A DNA stretch of 64,000 nucleotides from Octopus bimaculoides (GCF_001194135.2 NC_068981.1:120569534-120633533), one strand, 5' to 3'; counted from the stretch's first letter, positions 37,913 to 50,889 are shown. Program-made: numbers and translations. Notes: generated from the sequence alone by a model not told the origin.

Positions 37913-38448
37913 TATATATATAAAGTCATATATATATGTATACATATATATATATATACATATATTATATACATACAGATATATATATATATGTCATATA
38001 TATATTACTCATCATATGACTTAATTTTGGAAGTATTCGTTTGCCACAGGAATTATGCCGTACCTTCATTAATTATTATTTAAATTTTATCAAATTTCTT
38101 TGTGTTTATACAAAATGATTAATTGAATTCTAATTTTCAGAACAAAAATATTTATTGGCTCAAAGCAAAACTATAAAACAGTCATTTATATAACACCTGC
38201 TGTAGCTATCATGTCATTTACTCCCCCTTTTCATTTGTCTCTGTTACCTTTTCTCTCTCACAGTGTGACTGTGTGTGTGTACACGTGTGTGTTAGCATGC
38301 ATGTGTATGTATGTGCATGCATGTATGTATTTGTAGTGTTCTTTTACTCATTGCCTTCCACCAATCATTGTGTGTACACTCATCCTGTTCCTCCTACATT
38401 AACTCTGTGTGTCTCTCTCTCCATATGATGTAAAATGTGACTGGAGAA

Positions 38449-38562
38449 TCAATCAACAATTATATCTATCTATATATCAATCAACAATTATATCTATCTA
38501 TATATCAATCAACAATTATATCTATCTATATATCAATCAACAATTATATCTATCTATCTATA
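38449..38562. repeat. 28-bp minisatellite, about 4 copies
   Basis: Unit atcaatcaacaattatatctatctatat. Confidence 0.92.
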
Positions 38563-39369
38563 TAATACACACACACCCACCCAGACACTTTATTTATGGT
38601 TTAACAAGGCAACTAATGGTTTCATGTATAGACATCTTCACAATTGTTCAAGCCTGCCACATGGAATTGTTGGTACCCGTCCCCATTTTGGGTGGGTTTG
38701 TATACACACACATTAGTGGTGGTTGTAATAGAGGAAGTCAGTGGTTGAGTGGTCGCACAGTGAATGTCCCTAGGGAAAACACCATCCTCTTTGCAAAATT
38801 TCTCCTTTTCATTTTTTTTAATATTTTAAATTTTGTCTCAGGCTCAATTGTTTGTAATGTCGTCAACAAATAGTATAAGAAAGCCACACATGGCATAGGT
38901 AAAACCTTTAAACCTAACAGATTAATGCGTTAAAAATTAACGTTCATGTTAGCTGTGCAAGCTGTGTGTTTTCAGTCCATAACAGAAATATATGATTAGC
39001 CCAATCACAACTTGTTATGGAGTTGTGTCCCATTCTGGGGGGATGTCACATTCTCAGTCATATATGCATCATGAAAATGAATTAACTGGCCACATGAGTC
39101 CTAGGACTCGAGACAGCGATGTCCAAAGGACTTACTTTACTAACTACAGAAAGTGCAACCAGAGTTAATGGTAATATAAAGTGATGAACCAAAGTTAAAG
39201 GCTTTGTATATCAACTTCACAAGTTTTGTATTTATGTGAACTATTTTTTTTTATTGTGGGGAATTCAACTTTTTACTTTTGCAGAATTCAATCAAGTCAT
39301 TAAGAAAGTGGCAAAGCACTTCTGCTTAAGTCAAGACAGGTTTTCAGATTTGTGATTATCTAACTTAGT

Positions 39370-39685
39370 TGGAGTGTGCCACCTAGCAGACTTTGTAAAG
39401 TGGTTGGTGTTTGGAAGGGCATCCAGCTGTAGAAACTGAGCCAAATCATACTGGAACCTGGTAACCTGGTGCAGCTGTCCTGCTTGCTAACTCTAGTCAA
39501 ACTGTCTAACCCATGCCAGCATGGAAAATGGGCATTAAAGCATGGTAGTGATGTATTTGTGTACATGTGTGGATGTGAAATAAAGTGTTTTGCCCAAGAA
39601 CATAACAAACAGACTGGTCCGGGAATCAAACTCACTACCTCATGATTGTGAGCCCGACACTGTAACCACTGAGCCATACACCTTC
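39370..39685. mobile_element. Family G copy (39370-39555, plus) next to a SINE D head (39570-39685, minus)
   Basis: ggaagggcatccagctgtagaaac; gggaatcaaactcactacctcatgattgtgagccc. Confidence 0.75.
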
Positions 39686-39989
39686 ATGTAGCCCATTACA
39701 CATATGATAATAGATACAAATGAAAATTTATTACCTGGATATAAGAGCTCTTGTTTTCTTATTAGTTTTCTAAAGCTGTTCTCCTTTTCTGCAATATTTT
39801 GATGAGATATTCAATTCTGGCCATCAGCTGATCCCTACAATTGTGCATGATTTTATGGTTATTGTCCCCTGGTCCATAGAACAATATCTGGCCTATCATG
39901 CTTATGCAGTTGATTGTTTTATTGCAATCACTAGTATTCTTTAAGTTTGTATGTGTTTGTGTGTATATATAGGTATAGTATTTACATAT

Positions 39990-40378
39990 ATGTTGTTGTT
40001 GGCACTCCATCGCTTACGACGTCGAGGGTTCCAGTTGATCTAATCAACGGAACAGCCTGCTCGTGAAATTAACGTGCAAGTGGCTGAGCACTCCACAGAC
40101 ACGTGTACCCTTAACGGAGTTCTCAGGGATATTCAGCGTGACACAGTGTGACAAGGCTGGTCCTTTGAAATACAGGTACAACAGAAACAGGAAGAAAGAG
40201 TGAGAGAAAGTTGTGGTGAAAGAGTACAGCAGGGTTCGCCACCATCCGCTGCTGGAGCCTCGTGGAGCTTTAGGTGTTTTCGCTCAATAAACACTCACAA
40301 CACCCGGTCTGGGAATCGAAACCGCGATCCTATGACCACGAATCCGCTGCCCTAACCACTGGGCCATTGCACCTCCAC
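39990..40378 (-). mobile_element. tRNA-derived SINE family F, CpG-rich and apparently young
   Basis: Head rc gggaatcgaaaccgcgatcc...ctaaccactgggccattgc; (TGT)n = (ACA)n tail at 39990. Confidence 0.8.
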
Positions 40379-40984
40379 ATTTACATATATACACCTGTGA
40401 TAATTAATCTAATTTGTTCCAGAACTTCATTCGTTACCACATCTATTAGATATGTTTCTAAGGACAATTCATTCCAAAAAACCTTAAACAAGACCAAAAA
40501 TTTACATTAAACTTCAATAAAATACAAATAGTCAATATAAAAAATATATGCATATCATAAAAAAAAACAAAAACAAAAAATAAATATGATAGTTCAATAA
40601 GGTAATAAATAACAGTAATAAATAACCTAAATAAAAATTAATAAGTACAAAAAAAATTTACATCTATTTTCAAATTTCTCTTTCCGATAAAGACATAAAA
40701 GCTAACAGACATTAAAATAAAACATTAAAGGTGTTTTATATGATAAATAAGTAATCTGTAAAATGAAAGATTGATTAATTAAATTAAAAAAGAGAGAAAA
40801 ATTAATAATTCAAAGAATAAAAAGAATATAAATATATAAATTCCTAATTGAAAAATTACACAATTTACCACCTAAACTTTTGTCTGAATTTCTCTGTTGA
40901 AGAATGAGAACAATCTCACCCTCGTTGCTGATGGAGTTGATAACTGGTTCAGTTCAAACATCTGTGAATGTTACCATTAGGTGT

Positions 40985-41150
40985 GGGTATGGTCATGGGG
41001 GTTATGAAGTTTGCTTCTCAACTGTGTGTTATTGGGTTCAGTCCCTCTGTATGGTATTTGGCATCTTGGGCAAGTATTTTCTTCTATAGCCTCAAGTTGA
41101 CCAATGCCTTGTGAGTGAATTTGGTAAACAGAAACCCAAAGAAACCCCTC
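40985..41150 (+). mobile_element. SINE AB 5' half, diverged
   Basis: gtttgcttctcaact..gggttcagtccc..ttgggcaagt..gagtgaatttggtaaacagaaac. Confidence 0.7.
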
Positions 41151-41754
41151 TCCATCATGTGTGTGTGTGTGTGAGGGAATTCATATTTCCTCTGTCTTCA
41201 CATGGCTGCCTCACTAACAGTGTCAGACAATGTCAGTTGTTTCTGGGTCTCTTACGTAAGCATGTCATGGGTTTCTTGTTTGAAAGACTGGGAGGTAATT
41301 TATAATTACTCCTCTTACGTACATGTGAGATTCAGATTCAGGGAGGGCATCTTGCTACAGANNNNNNNNNNNNNNNNNNNNNNNNNNNNNNNNNNNNNNN
41401 NNNNNNNNNNNNNNNNNNNNNNNNNNNNNNNNNNNNNNNNNNNNNNNNNNNNNNNNNNNNNNNNNNNNNNNNNNNNNNNNNNNNNNNNNNNNNNNNNNNN
41501 NNNNNNNNNNNNNNNNNNNNNNNNNNNNNNNNNNNNNNNNNNNNNNNNNNNNNNNNNNNNNNNNNNNNNNNNNNNNNNNNNNNNNNNNNNNNNNNNNNNN
41601 NNNNNNNNNNNNNNNNNNNNNNNNNNNNNNNNNNNNNNNNNNNNNNNNNNNNNNNNNNNNNNNNNNNNNNNNNNNNNNNNNNNNNNNNNNNNNNNNNNNN
41701 NNNNNNNNNNNCTGTAGGATAATGCCTTTCATAATTTGCATTCTTCTTGAAAGG

Positions 41755-41801
<47 letters not shown>

Positions 41802-41814
41802 TTATATATATATA

Positions 41815-42030
41815 TTGGTTTTAAATTTTGACACAAGGCCAGTAATTTCGGGGAGGGGTAAGTCGATTACATTGACCTGTGTGCTTAATTGATACTTATT
41901 TTATCAACCCTGAAAGAATGAAAGTCAAAGCTGATCTTAAAGGAATTTCAACATAGAATATAAAAACGGATGAAATGCTGCTAAGCATTTTGTCCGGCAT
42001 CCTAATGATTCTGCCAGCTCACCACCTTAA
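41815..42030 (-). mobile_element. SINE family C copy
   Basis: gacacaaggccagtaatttcgggg...gattctgccagctcaccacctt. Confidence 0.82.
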
Positions 42031-42054
42031 TATATACATACTTATATACAAAAA

Positions 42055-42340
42055 GGATAAAGACCCCCTTCGGTCATGAAGGCGCATGGCCTAGTAGTTA
42101 TGCTGTTGCACTTACAATCGCTAGATTGTGGGTTTGATTTCCTGATTGGGCTGAACATTGTATTTACGAGCAAAACACTTCATTTCATGTTGCTCCAGTG
42201 ACCCTCCAATCTAGGGGGAATGTTGGCCTGCTTGTCTAGCCAGCGGGGTGATGTCATTTGAAGGCTAAAACAGTGCAAAAGCACATTGTGGCCAGCGATG
42301 TCCAACATCTGATAGCCTGGTTGGTCATGTGATCACATGT
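42055..42340 (+). mobile_element. Another tRNA-headed SINE, abutting a 25-bp SINE D tail remnant
   Basis: ggcgcatggcctagtagtta head; gagcaaaacacttcatttcatgttgctccag block shared with D and E; unique 3' part. Confidence 0.6.
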
Positions 42341-43169
42341 TATATATATGTATATATCTATATATATATTTATAAGGATATGCTGGTATTTTGAAAATAC
42401 CTTACAGAATGACAACCGTGCCCTGCATAGTTATTGGTTGCTCTTTGGCCAGGCATAGCACCTGTTCAGCCACCCTGCCAGGGATATGGTGAAATCATGG
42501 GACTGCAACATGGTGGATTGTAAAGGGGCAGTAGAAAAGCTCAACTGGGCCAATGGTGCTTCTTACACCAATGCTCGGCTGAGGAATCCTAGAAGATCAA
42601 TGATCAGGATCATCATCAAGCTCAGTCAAGAGAGTAACTGCAACACATCCATCAGGGTGGCCTCCATGGGTGTGTAATTAGGTAATGAAAGATTTATTAT
42701 GACTCAAGCCTGAGGACTATGCCCCCATGACCCTGTCAGGAATAATGGGTGGGGTGGCAATGGAGAGTCATGAGAATCCATGCAAGCATTACAACCGAGA
42801 TGAGATAATGATATATTTATGACCCTTTACTTTTTAAGTTCAAATCCTGATGATGTCAACTTTGCCTTTTGTTCTTCCAGTTCATCAAGCTCTATGTTGT
42901 AGCAGTAAGTTCCAAATGAATCAGATCTGCTTCCAGGTTCCTGTTCCTTATTGGAATCATTTTGTTTCTGTTGAGGCAATAAGGGGACCTCTATGTGGTT
43001 GCTCATTTTGCTACAAATAAAAGCTAAACTTCCCTCAAATAACAGCAGACTGTCTTTAAAGAAAAATTGGGAAGACATGAGATAATTTATTTGCACATAC
43101 ATTACACTTAGGAAATGCAAACGAGATTGTCAATATGGCTTGACCTGAGGATAAATGGCAACAACGTTT

Positions 43170-43224
<55 letters not shown>

Positions 43225-43434
43225 TTGTCTGTATGTGTGTCTGTCTAACTAACTAACTAACTAAGTCATAGTATATGGATTCAAGTAATCTGGTAGTACT
43301 CATAAAAAAAAGCTCCTTAAAGTATCATTCTACATTAATGTTTTTTAAGTTATGAAACAATTTGTTGTGATATTTGAATTTTCTTATTGGTTAAATAAAA
43401 TTTCACCAAACTATTTCTCTGTCATTTATGACTT

Positions 43435-43494
<60 letters not shown>

Positions 43495-43499
43495 TTAGC

Positions 43500-43750
43500 T
43501 CTTAGATCTAGTGCTGTCAGCACAACTGCCAACAAGCCTTCTCTAGACATTCCATGCTGGCTTTCCTCCTGGCTCCACTGGGCCAACTCCCAATGTTATG
43601 TCATCCCAGAACATACTGCACTACACCTTTCTTGGTCTTTCCCTTGGTGTCTTTCCTTCTCTTGGTGTCCACTTTATTACAGTGGTAACATGTGTCTCAT
43701 GCAGTAATCAAAGCACTTAGCCAGTAAACTGTATCTGCTACTTTGTCACT
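43500..43750 (-). mobile_element. RTE LINE extreme 3' fragment
   Basis: rc translates WTPREGKTPRERPRK, matching the RTE C-terminal W.P...KR..GRP..RW motif. Confidence 0.65.
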
Positions 43751-44939
43751 ATGCTCTGCAAACATATGTATAAATGTGTATGTGTGCGTGTGCATGCATG
43801 TCAGTGCATGTGTCTGTGTGTGTGTGAGAGAGACACTACCCCTGTTGCTATTGCATTAATCATTTCTGTTCTGGAAAAGAACTTTCAGAAAACTGTTATT
43901 GTGGAATGAGCACAGTGTATACATAGCATATTTTTAAGAAGATCAAAATAGTAGAGGTTGTTAGAGAAGTAGTAAAGAAAGAGAGCATGAGAAAAACATG
44001 TTGATTGCATTGTAATCACAATCAGCCTTAATCTCTGTAGTTTAGTTGATGGTAGGTTTGTCCTTCCTGGTTTGTCAAGGTTAATCCATTGAATGGGGTT
44101 AGATATAAAATGTTACTATGATACTTAAAACTGGATTCTGCTTTAGGATTTAGCCTGTATATATATATATATATCTTTTTGTCATTACTAAGATTTTTAA
44201 ACATTTTATTAATAATGCTATCATCTCACAAAGCACACTATATATTTACAGCTTATGTCTTCTATCTTATGTGATTCTCATATCATCCCCACAGTCTATG
44301 CTGACACTTAAATAATGAGAATTCAGATCTGAAATAAGACTGACAGATTTAATCCTTGATGTGGTTAGTTATTGTGTGAATATAATAAAAATAAAAAGAA
44401 AAAGAAAGAAAGAATAAAAAAGGAAAAACAAATCAACCTATTTATCATCTTGTTTGGCTATGGCTGCTTTTTTTGTTGGTTATTGTTTCATGCTATTGTG
44501 TAGCCCCAGGTCCATCTTAATCAAAACAGGCCTGTGATCAAAAATGTCCTAGTTGTGACTATTTCGCTTTCTTTTTCAAGTGAAGTGTAGCTAGAATTAA
44601 ATTTTGTAATGTGTCCTTCCAAAAAGAAAAAAAAAAAGATGTTAGGGTGTGGTTTTTGAGGGAGCTTTCACCGTTAATTCCAGCAAATGCATTGATACTC
44701 TCTTGTTGGTTTGTAGTTGTGCTGTTTAAGTATGTAGTTTTGTAATAGCTATAGTAAAGATAATGCTGGTATGTAATGTTTGTATGGTAGTAGTGGTGGT
44801 GAATTTGTTGTTTAGCCACAAGTCAGCCTTGATTGAGTAAAACTATGATCAAAGGTCTTTCAGTTATTATTGTTTTTATATTGTTTTTGTTTGAGACAGT
44901 ATATCTAAAGCAAATGTTTCCTAATATATTCTTTCTTAT

Positions 44940-45160
44940 CAAGGCAGTGAGTTGGCACAGTCATTTGTATACCAGGCAAAATGCTTTGTGGTATTTTGTC
45001 TGTCTTTACAATCTGAGTTCAAATTCCATCAAGGTCTACTTTACCTTTCATCTTTTTCAGGTTGTTAAAATAAATGCTAGTTGAGCACTGGGGTTGATGC
45101 ACTTGACATAACCACTCCCCCAAAATTGCTGGCATTGTGCCAAAATTTGAAACTAATCTA
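44940..45160 (+). mobile_element. SINE family C copy
   Basis: aaggcagtgagttggcac...ctgagttcaaattcc...gagcactggggttgatg. Confidence 0.8.
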
Positions 45161-45644
45161 TTCTGCCTTATTCAAGATAACATGGTGTGATTTGAGAGAG
45201 ATTTTGTTGTTATTTTTAGCATATAACACTTCCTTCTTCACAGAGATGTTGTGACCAAAATATGCATTGTTTCTATTTTGGTTGAGATTTCAGTCACGCA
45301 ACACAAATAGCCTGAAAGCTCAAACCTTAAATACATATGCTATTAATATATATTTATACACAATACAATGTCAATTAGATGTGTTGAAGTACATTTAAAT
45401 ATAGGCTTCAAGTTTTTCTTTTTAACACAAGCTGAGCAATTTTAGGAAAGGTGGGAATGTTGATTACATCGACTCCATTGTTTGACTGGTATTTATTTTA
45501 GTGATCCTGAAAGTACGAGCTGACTTTGGTGGACTTTGAACTCTGAACATTAAGATGAATGAAAATACATTTAAATTTTACGAAGCCTTAGCTGTGATAA
45601 TGAACATTAACAATGTAAACACATTTGTTCTATGCATTAAAAAA

Positions 45645-45980
45645 AGGGTGAAGACATCCTTCAGTCATGAATGACTATGGGATTGCCCCTAGAAAATTTC
45701 CCTCTGAGGTACAAGTCCAGGCAAGATTGATTATGGAAGACCAGCAGTCACCCATGCATACCAGTCTCCCCTCTCTACGCCACCGGTATTATCTAAAGGA
45801 AAGACAAAGGCCAATACAGCTTGGCACCAGTGGAAATTGCAACTCATTTCTACAGCTGAGTGAACTGGAGCAACATGAAATAAAATGTCTTGCTCAAGAA
45901 CACAACACACAGTCTGGTTTGGAAATCGAACCCACTGTCTCATGATTGTGAGTCCAATGCTCTAACCACTCAGCTATGCG
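45645..45980 (-). mobile_element. SINE family D, full length
   Basis: Collinear with 34378-34708. Confidence 0.88.
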
Positions 45981-48512
45981 GATGCATTAAATGTGTGGAA
46001 AATGAGTGGGTAGTTTCCTGACAGAACATTTTATAATTTGTTCACCACTCTGAAGAATTACCTAATCTCATTCCTCAAATGATTGTAAAGAGTATTCAGC
46101 TGCTATATAAAGCAGTCAGGAATTGGGATATCACTATGATAGATAACTTAATTTGTATATTTGTGCTTTACATGGCTCATTATTAATTAAGCAGTATTTC
46201 TGCACTCACCATCTTCATCTAATGCCTATTTTTCTATTCTTGCATGGGTCAAACAAAATTTAATTTGTTGAGGCATATTTTCTACAGCCAGATACCTATT
46301 CTGTCACCAACTCTCACCTTTTCCCATACAAAGTAATAATTCCAAGACCATGGAAATAAACAGCATTGCTTGTATGGCATAGAAGCTTGTTTTTAATCAT
46401 CAAGTGATGTCTAGATAAGGGTACATACACATGCATATGTATAATGTGCTTCTTTCAGTTTCCATCTACCAAATCCACTCATAAGGCTTTTGTTGGCCTG
46501 GGGTTATAGAAGAAGGCACTTGCTCAAGGGTGACTGGACGACAGTAGAAACCTTCAGAGGAACAATTCTTGTCAAGCAAGTGTTTTGGCCCATTAGTTTT
46601 TGACACCCTAAGAGAGTTGAGTCTAATTTGATCATGACTCCTGGGCATTGTTCTGTTGTTTTTCAAATGCTAATTATCTCCACAAAGCTTCCAACTGCTC
46701 ATTGTACTGCATTTTACTCAGTTCTTCTTTGTGCAGTGCTTGGCAAATTGTACCATTTGGGGAATCTAATTCTGGGAAACTTGGTTTGTGTCTCATCAGA
46801 GGTACCATTTGCTCAGCACTGGATCTTGTCCAGGCTCTGGTATTCTGACATCTTACATGTACACATAAAGTGTTGCTCCGGAGCTGTTGGTTGAAGGACA
46901 CATCTTATCTTTGTCTCATGGATCTTCATTCCTATTTTTGGGAGCTGATCTCTACCCACAGACACATGACTATTCCATTCATCGTTCAGGGATCATAGTC
47001 CTTGTGCTGTTTGGATCTGTTCTTGCTTATCATCTTAGGTTTTATTGTTCTCCCCTTCTTTCATTGAATCCCAGGGGCATTTTCCTTTATCTGGCTCTGT
47101 AGCAAGATTAATAATAAATTTGGGTTGCTAGCCACAAGTCCATCTAGTCTTTCCCAATGTCTCCTGTCTTTTAACTGGACTGTTCTCAGTAGCCATTCAG
47201 TCTATTCTTGAAAGTCTATTAAGTTATTAAGTGGACATCTCTTTGGAATGTTCTTATGGCGTGTTATGAAGGGTAAGATTTATCTGATACCTGCTTAACT
47301 CCATGAAATGACTGCTAAGCACCAACCCTTAAAATCACCTCAGGACTTAGGAAGCATGTTACATCACAATATATAAAAATGATGTGTAAGAAACTAGGAC
47401 TATATTGTAGTCTTAAGCAAGATAGTGCATATTCTGTTTGCTTAAGTCCATTGAGCCTGGAAATATTTACCACTTTTTTTTTTACACCAGAAGAATGATT
47501 TTGTTTTTGATCAAGTAGACTTCTATAGCCAAAGTAGTCCAGTCATCATGGTTTCAAGGACTATGCTACTCATTCTAGCCTTCTGTTTTTGTAAGTGGTA
47601 TGTATGATTTGAAGGATATTTGGTTATTATTCATAGAATCCTGAGTGACTTCCTAGAGATCCCTTCATTGGAGAGAGTAACCCTGATGTAATTTGTGATT
47701 TGTTGAGCTATTAAACTCATATTAGTATCAAAGCAATANNNNNNNNNNNNNNNNNNNNNNNNNNNNNNNNNNNNNNNNNNNNNNNNNNNNNNNNNNNNNN
47801 NNNNNNNNNNNNNNNNNNNNNNNNNNNNNNNNNNNNNNNNNNNNNNNNNNNNNNNNNNNNNNNNNNNNNNNNNNNNNNNNNNNNNNNNNNNNNNNNNNNN
47901 NNNNNNNNNNNNNNNNNNNNNNNNNNNNNNNNNNNNNNNNNNNNNNNNNNNNNNNNNNNNNNNNNNNNNNNNNNNNNNNNNNNNNNNNNNNNNNNNNNNN
48001 NNNNNNNNNNNNNNNNNNNNNNNNNNNNNNNNNNNNNNNNNNNNNNNNNNNNNNNNNNNNNNNNNNNNNNNNNNNNNNNNNNNNNNNNNNNNNNNNNNNN
48101 NNNNNNNNNNNNNNNNNNNNNNNNNNNNNNNNNNNNNNNNNNNNNNNNNNNNNNNNNNNNNNNNNNNNNNNNNNNNNNNNNNNNNNNNNNNNNNNNNNNN
48201 NNNNNNNNNNNNNNNNNNNNNNNNNNNNNNNNNNNNNNNNNNNNNNNNNNNNNNNNNNNNNNNNNNNNNNNNNNNNNNNNNNNNNNNNNNNNNNNNNNNN
48301 NNNNNNNNNNNNNNNNNNNNNNNNNNNNNNNNNNNNNNNNNNNNNNNNNNNNNNNNNNNNNNNNNNNNNNNNNNNNNNNNNNNNNNNNNNNNNNNNNNNN
48401 NNNNNNNNNNNNNNNNNNNNNNNNNNNNNNNNNNNNNNNNNNNNNNNNNNNNNNNNNNNNNNNNNNNNNNNNNNNNNNNNNNNNNNNNNNNNNNNNNNNN
48501 NNNNNNNNNNNN

Positions 48513-49990
48513 NAATAACAGGCACCCAGCAGGTATCAGCAGGTAAAACATGTAAAATTTAATTCCGCTCACCATGTCCAAAAGGGTAAGAAATTTACCC
48601 AGGATGTTTTTAAGTATCCTGGAGAATAACTTCCCTAAAGACCATAAATACTTTAGTATCTGCAACAGATCTTCAATTAAGTTTTCCTATTCTGGAATGC
48701 CTAATCTAACATCGATTATTGCCTCTCTTAATAGAAGCAAATTAAATAAGCTAAAACAATATGAATATCTTTGCAATGGAAACCCCGGTTCCGATAAAAC
48801 CAGTTGTGAGTCACACAATGATAGTGGGACGTGCTCTCCATTCCCTCTGATTGTGCCAAAACCCGGGAATGGGAGGAGTGGAATTGTAGATAAGGATAGA
48901 CTAGCAAGGACTGTTACTGGCGCTGGAAATAAATTTAGGGGTAGCCAAAGTAAATTATGTAATTGTAGAGACCCTCTATTATGTCTTCTTGGCAGGCTCT
49001 GTCTATGTACAAACATGGTATATAAATGCAGTCAGGGATGAGAACAAACTAGATAAGTTTTATATAGGAAGCACGAAGGACTTTAAGGCTAGATATAGTG
49101 CGCATATGAGTTCGTTTTCAATGGAAAAATACAGTAACTCTACCACACTCGCCTCTTATTTGCATGACCTCAAGAAGAAGAATATAAAGTACTCTCTTGA
49201 ATGGTCTATTATATCGAGAGCCTTCTACTTTAAGGCAAATATTAGTAAATGTTCTTTATGTATTAGGGAATCCCTTGCAATACTCAGGTCTTTTGGACCA
49301 AAAACCTTAAATAAGTTCACGGAGGTAATCCCCTTCTGCAACCATGAGTTTTCCTCCACCTTCTTGAAACTGTATAGAAATAAAAATAAATTTAAAAACA
49401 ATAGATAGTAACAAGTGTAATAGTTTGCATTAGGGTGATTTGAAACCTCGAAGACTGGTTTTGATACTGCAGCCTGTTTGACTATTCTAAAATAGCACTT
49501 TTTTTTTTTTTTTAAATCTTTCCATTATTTGCATAGGCTTGTCTAAGGCTGGTCCATATTGACTACATCACCAGTTTGCACTCTTTTGTGTTTGGAATAC
49601 AGTGGTGTACCCCCGAAATGGCTATAGGTGTTGTACGTGATTTTCGTGAAATTGATTTTACTGATTGATACCTGCTGGGTGCTGTATTTGTATTTTGACC
49701 CATGTGTTGTGAACTTTTGGACATGGTGAGCGGAATTAAATTTTACATGTTTTACCTGCTGATACCTGCTGGGTGCCTGTTATTCACTCTTGTATATGCC
49801 TAACTGGTGCGGACTTGTCTATTGGTGTCTACTGGTTTTGAGTTGTAAAATGTGCCCGAGAGAGATGTAGAACTTGGTGTTTTAACTCTAAATGGTGTTA
49901 AATCATTTCTGTCTTTGATTTTAACCGATGGACTACTTTATGGTACCTCATTTCTTTATTTTATTTTATTTTTTATATCGACCTATATTA
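48513..49990 (+). mobile_element. 5'-truncated Penelope-like retroelement: RT-thumb end, Cys-rich linker, GIY-YIG endonuclease, pLTR, with an inverted pLTR piece at the 5' end
   Basis: FLSILENNFPKDHKY..IKFSYSGMPNL; CNCRDPLLCLLGRLC; VYKC then frameshift to FYIGSTKDFKARYSAH..TLASYLHDLK..WSII..CSLCIRE..LNK..CNH; 48513-48582 is the exact rc of about 49712-49781. Confidence 0.92.
48574..49408 (+). pseudogene. Penelope-like ORF remnant with GIY-YIG domain and one frameshift near 49030
   Basis: ORFs 48574-49041 and 48989-49408 join into one RT-end/endonuclease C-terminus. Confidence 0.85.
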
Positions 49991-50594
49991 TATTATATAT
50001 NNNNNNNNNNNNNNNNNNNNNNNNNNNNNNNNNNNNNNNNNNNNNNNNNNNNNNNNNNNNNNNNNNNNNNNNNNNNNNNNNNNNNNNNNNNNNNNNNNNN
50101 NNNNNNNNNNNNNNNNNNNNNNNNNNNNNNNNNNNNNNNNNNNNNNNNNNNNNNNNNNNNNNNNNNNNNNNNNNNNNNNNNNNNNNNNNNNNNNNNNNNN
50201 NNNNNNNNNNNNNNNNNNNNNNNNNNNNNNNNNNNNNNNNNNNNNNNNNNNNNNNNNNNNNNNNNNNNNNNNNNNNNNNNNNNNNNNNNNNNNNNNNNNN
50301 NNNNNNNNNNNNNNNNNNNNNNNNNNNNNNNNNNNNNNNNNNNNNNNNNNNNNNNNNNNNNNNNNNNNNNNNNNNNNNNNNNNNNNNNNNNNNNNNNNNN
50401 NNNNNNNNNNNNNNNNNNNNNNNNNNNNNNNNNNNNNNNNNNNNNNNNNNNNNNNNNNNNNNNNNNNNNNNNNNNNNNNNNNNNNNNNNNNNNNNNNNNN
50501 NNNNNNNNNNNNNNNNNNNNNNNNNNNNNNNNNNNNNNNNNNNNNNNNNNNNNNNNNNNNNNNNNNNNNNNNNNNNNNNNNNNNNNNNNNNNNN

Positions 50595-50630
<36 letters not shown>

Positions 50631-50634
<4 letters not shown>

Positions 50635-50881
50635 GTTGGTGCATAATTATTGTGGCATTTTTTCTACAAATTTTATTCAACAAAAACAATAACAATATTT
50701 AACAAACACATCTTTAAATGACGGTCTCACCGTCTGCCAAGCAAATGGGGAGCAGTAATTGAAGTTGATGGTGAATATGCTCCGGAATAATCATTTAAAG
50801 ATGTTTTTGTTTCATGTTGTTATTGTTTTTGTTGAATAAAATTTGTTGCAATAAAGCCACAGTAATTATGCACCAACCCAG
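50631..50881. mobile_element. mariner-derived MITE
   Basis: TIR ttgggttggtgcataattattgtggc / gccacagtaattatgcaccaacccag, similar to Hsmar1-type ends as I recall them; TA flanks; centre encodes RLPSKWGAVIEVDGEYAPE* (mariner C-terminus); inverted arms about 90 bp. Confidence 0.9.
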
Positions 50882-50889
50882 TATATATA

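Noticed and set aside
46560-47280. Coding-like degenerate stretch on minus (RSSAEQMVPLMRHKPSFPELDSPNG..LEALWR)
   Set aside because: Multiple stops and no motif I can assign; possibly an old LINE linker, needs BLASTX
47631-48665. Longest ORFs in the track (also at 4.9, 23.8, 37.6, 41.2, 49.9, 51.2 and 58.4 kb)
   Set aside because: They run through N gaps; artefacts
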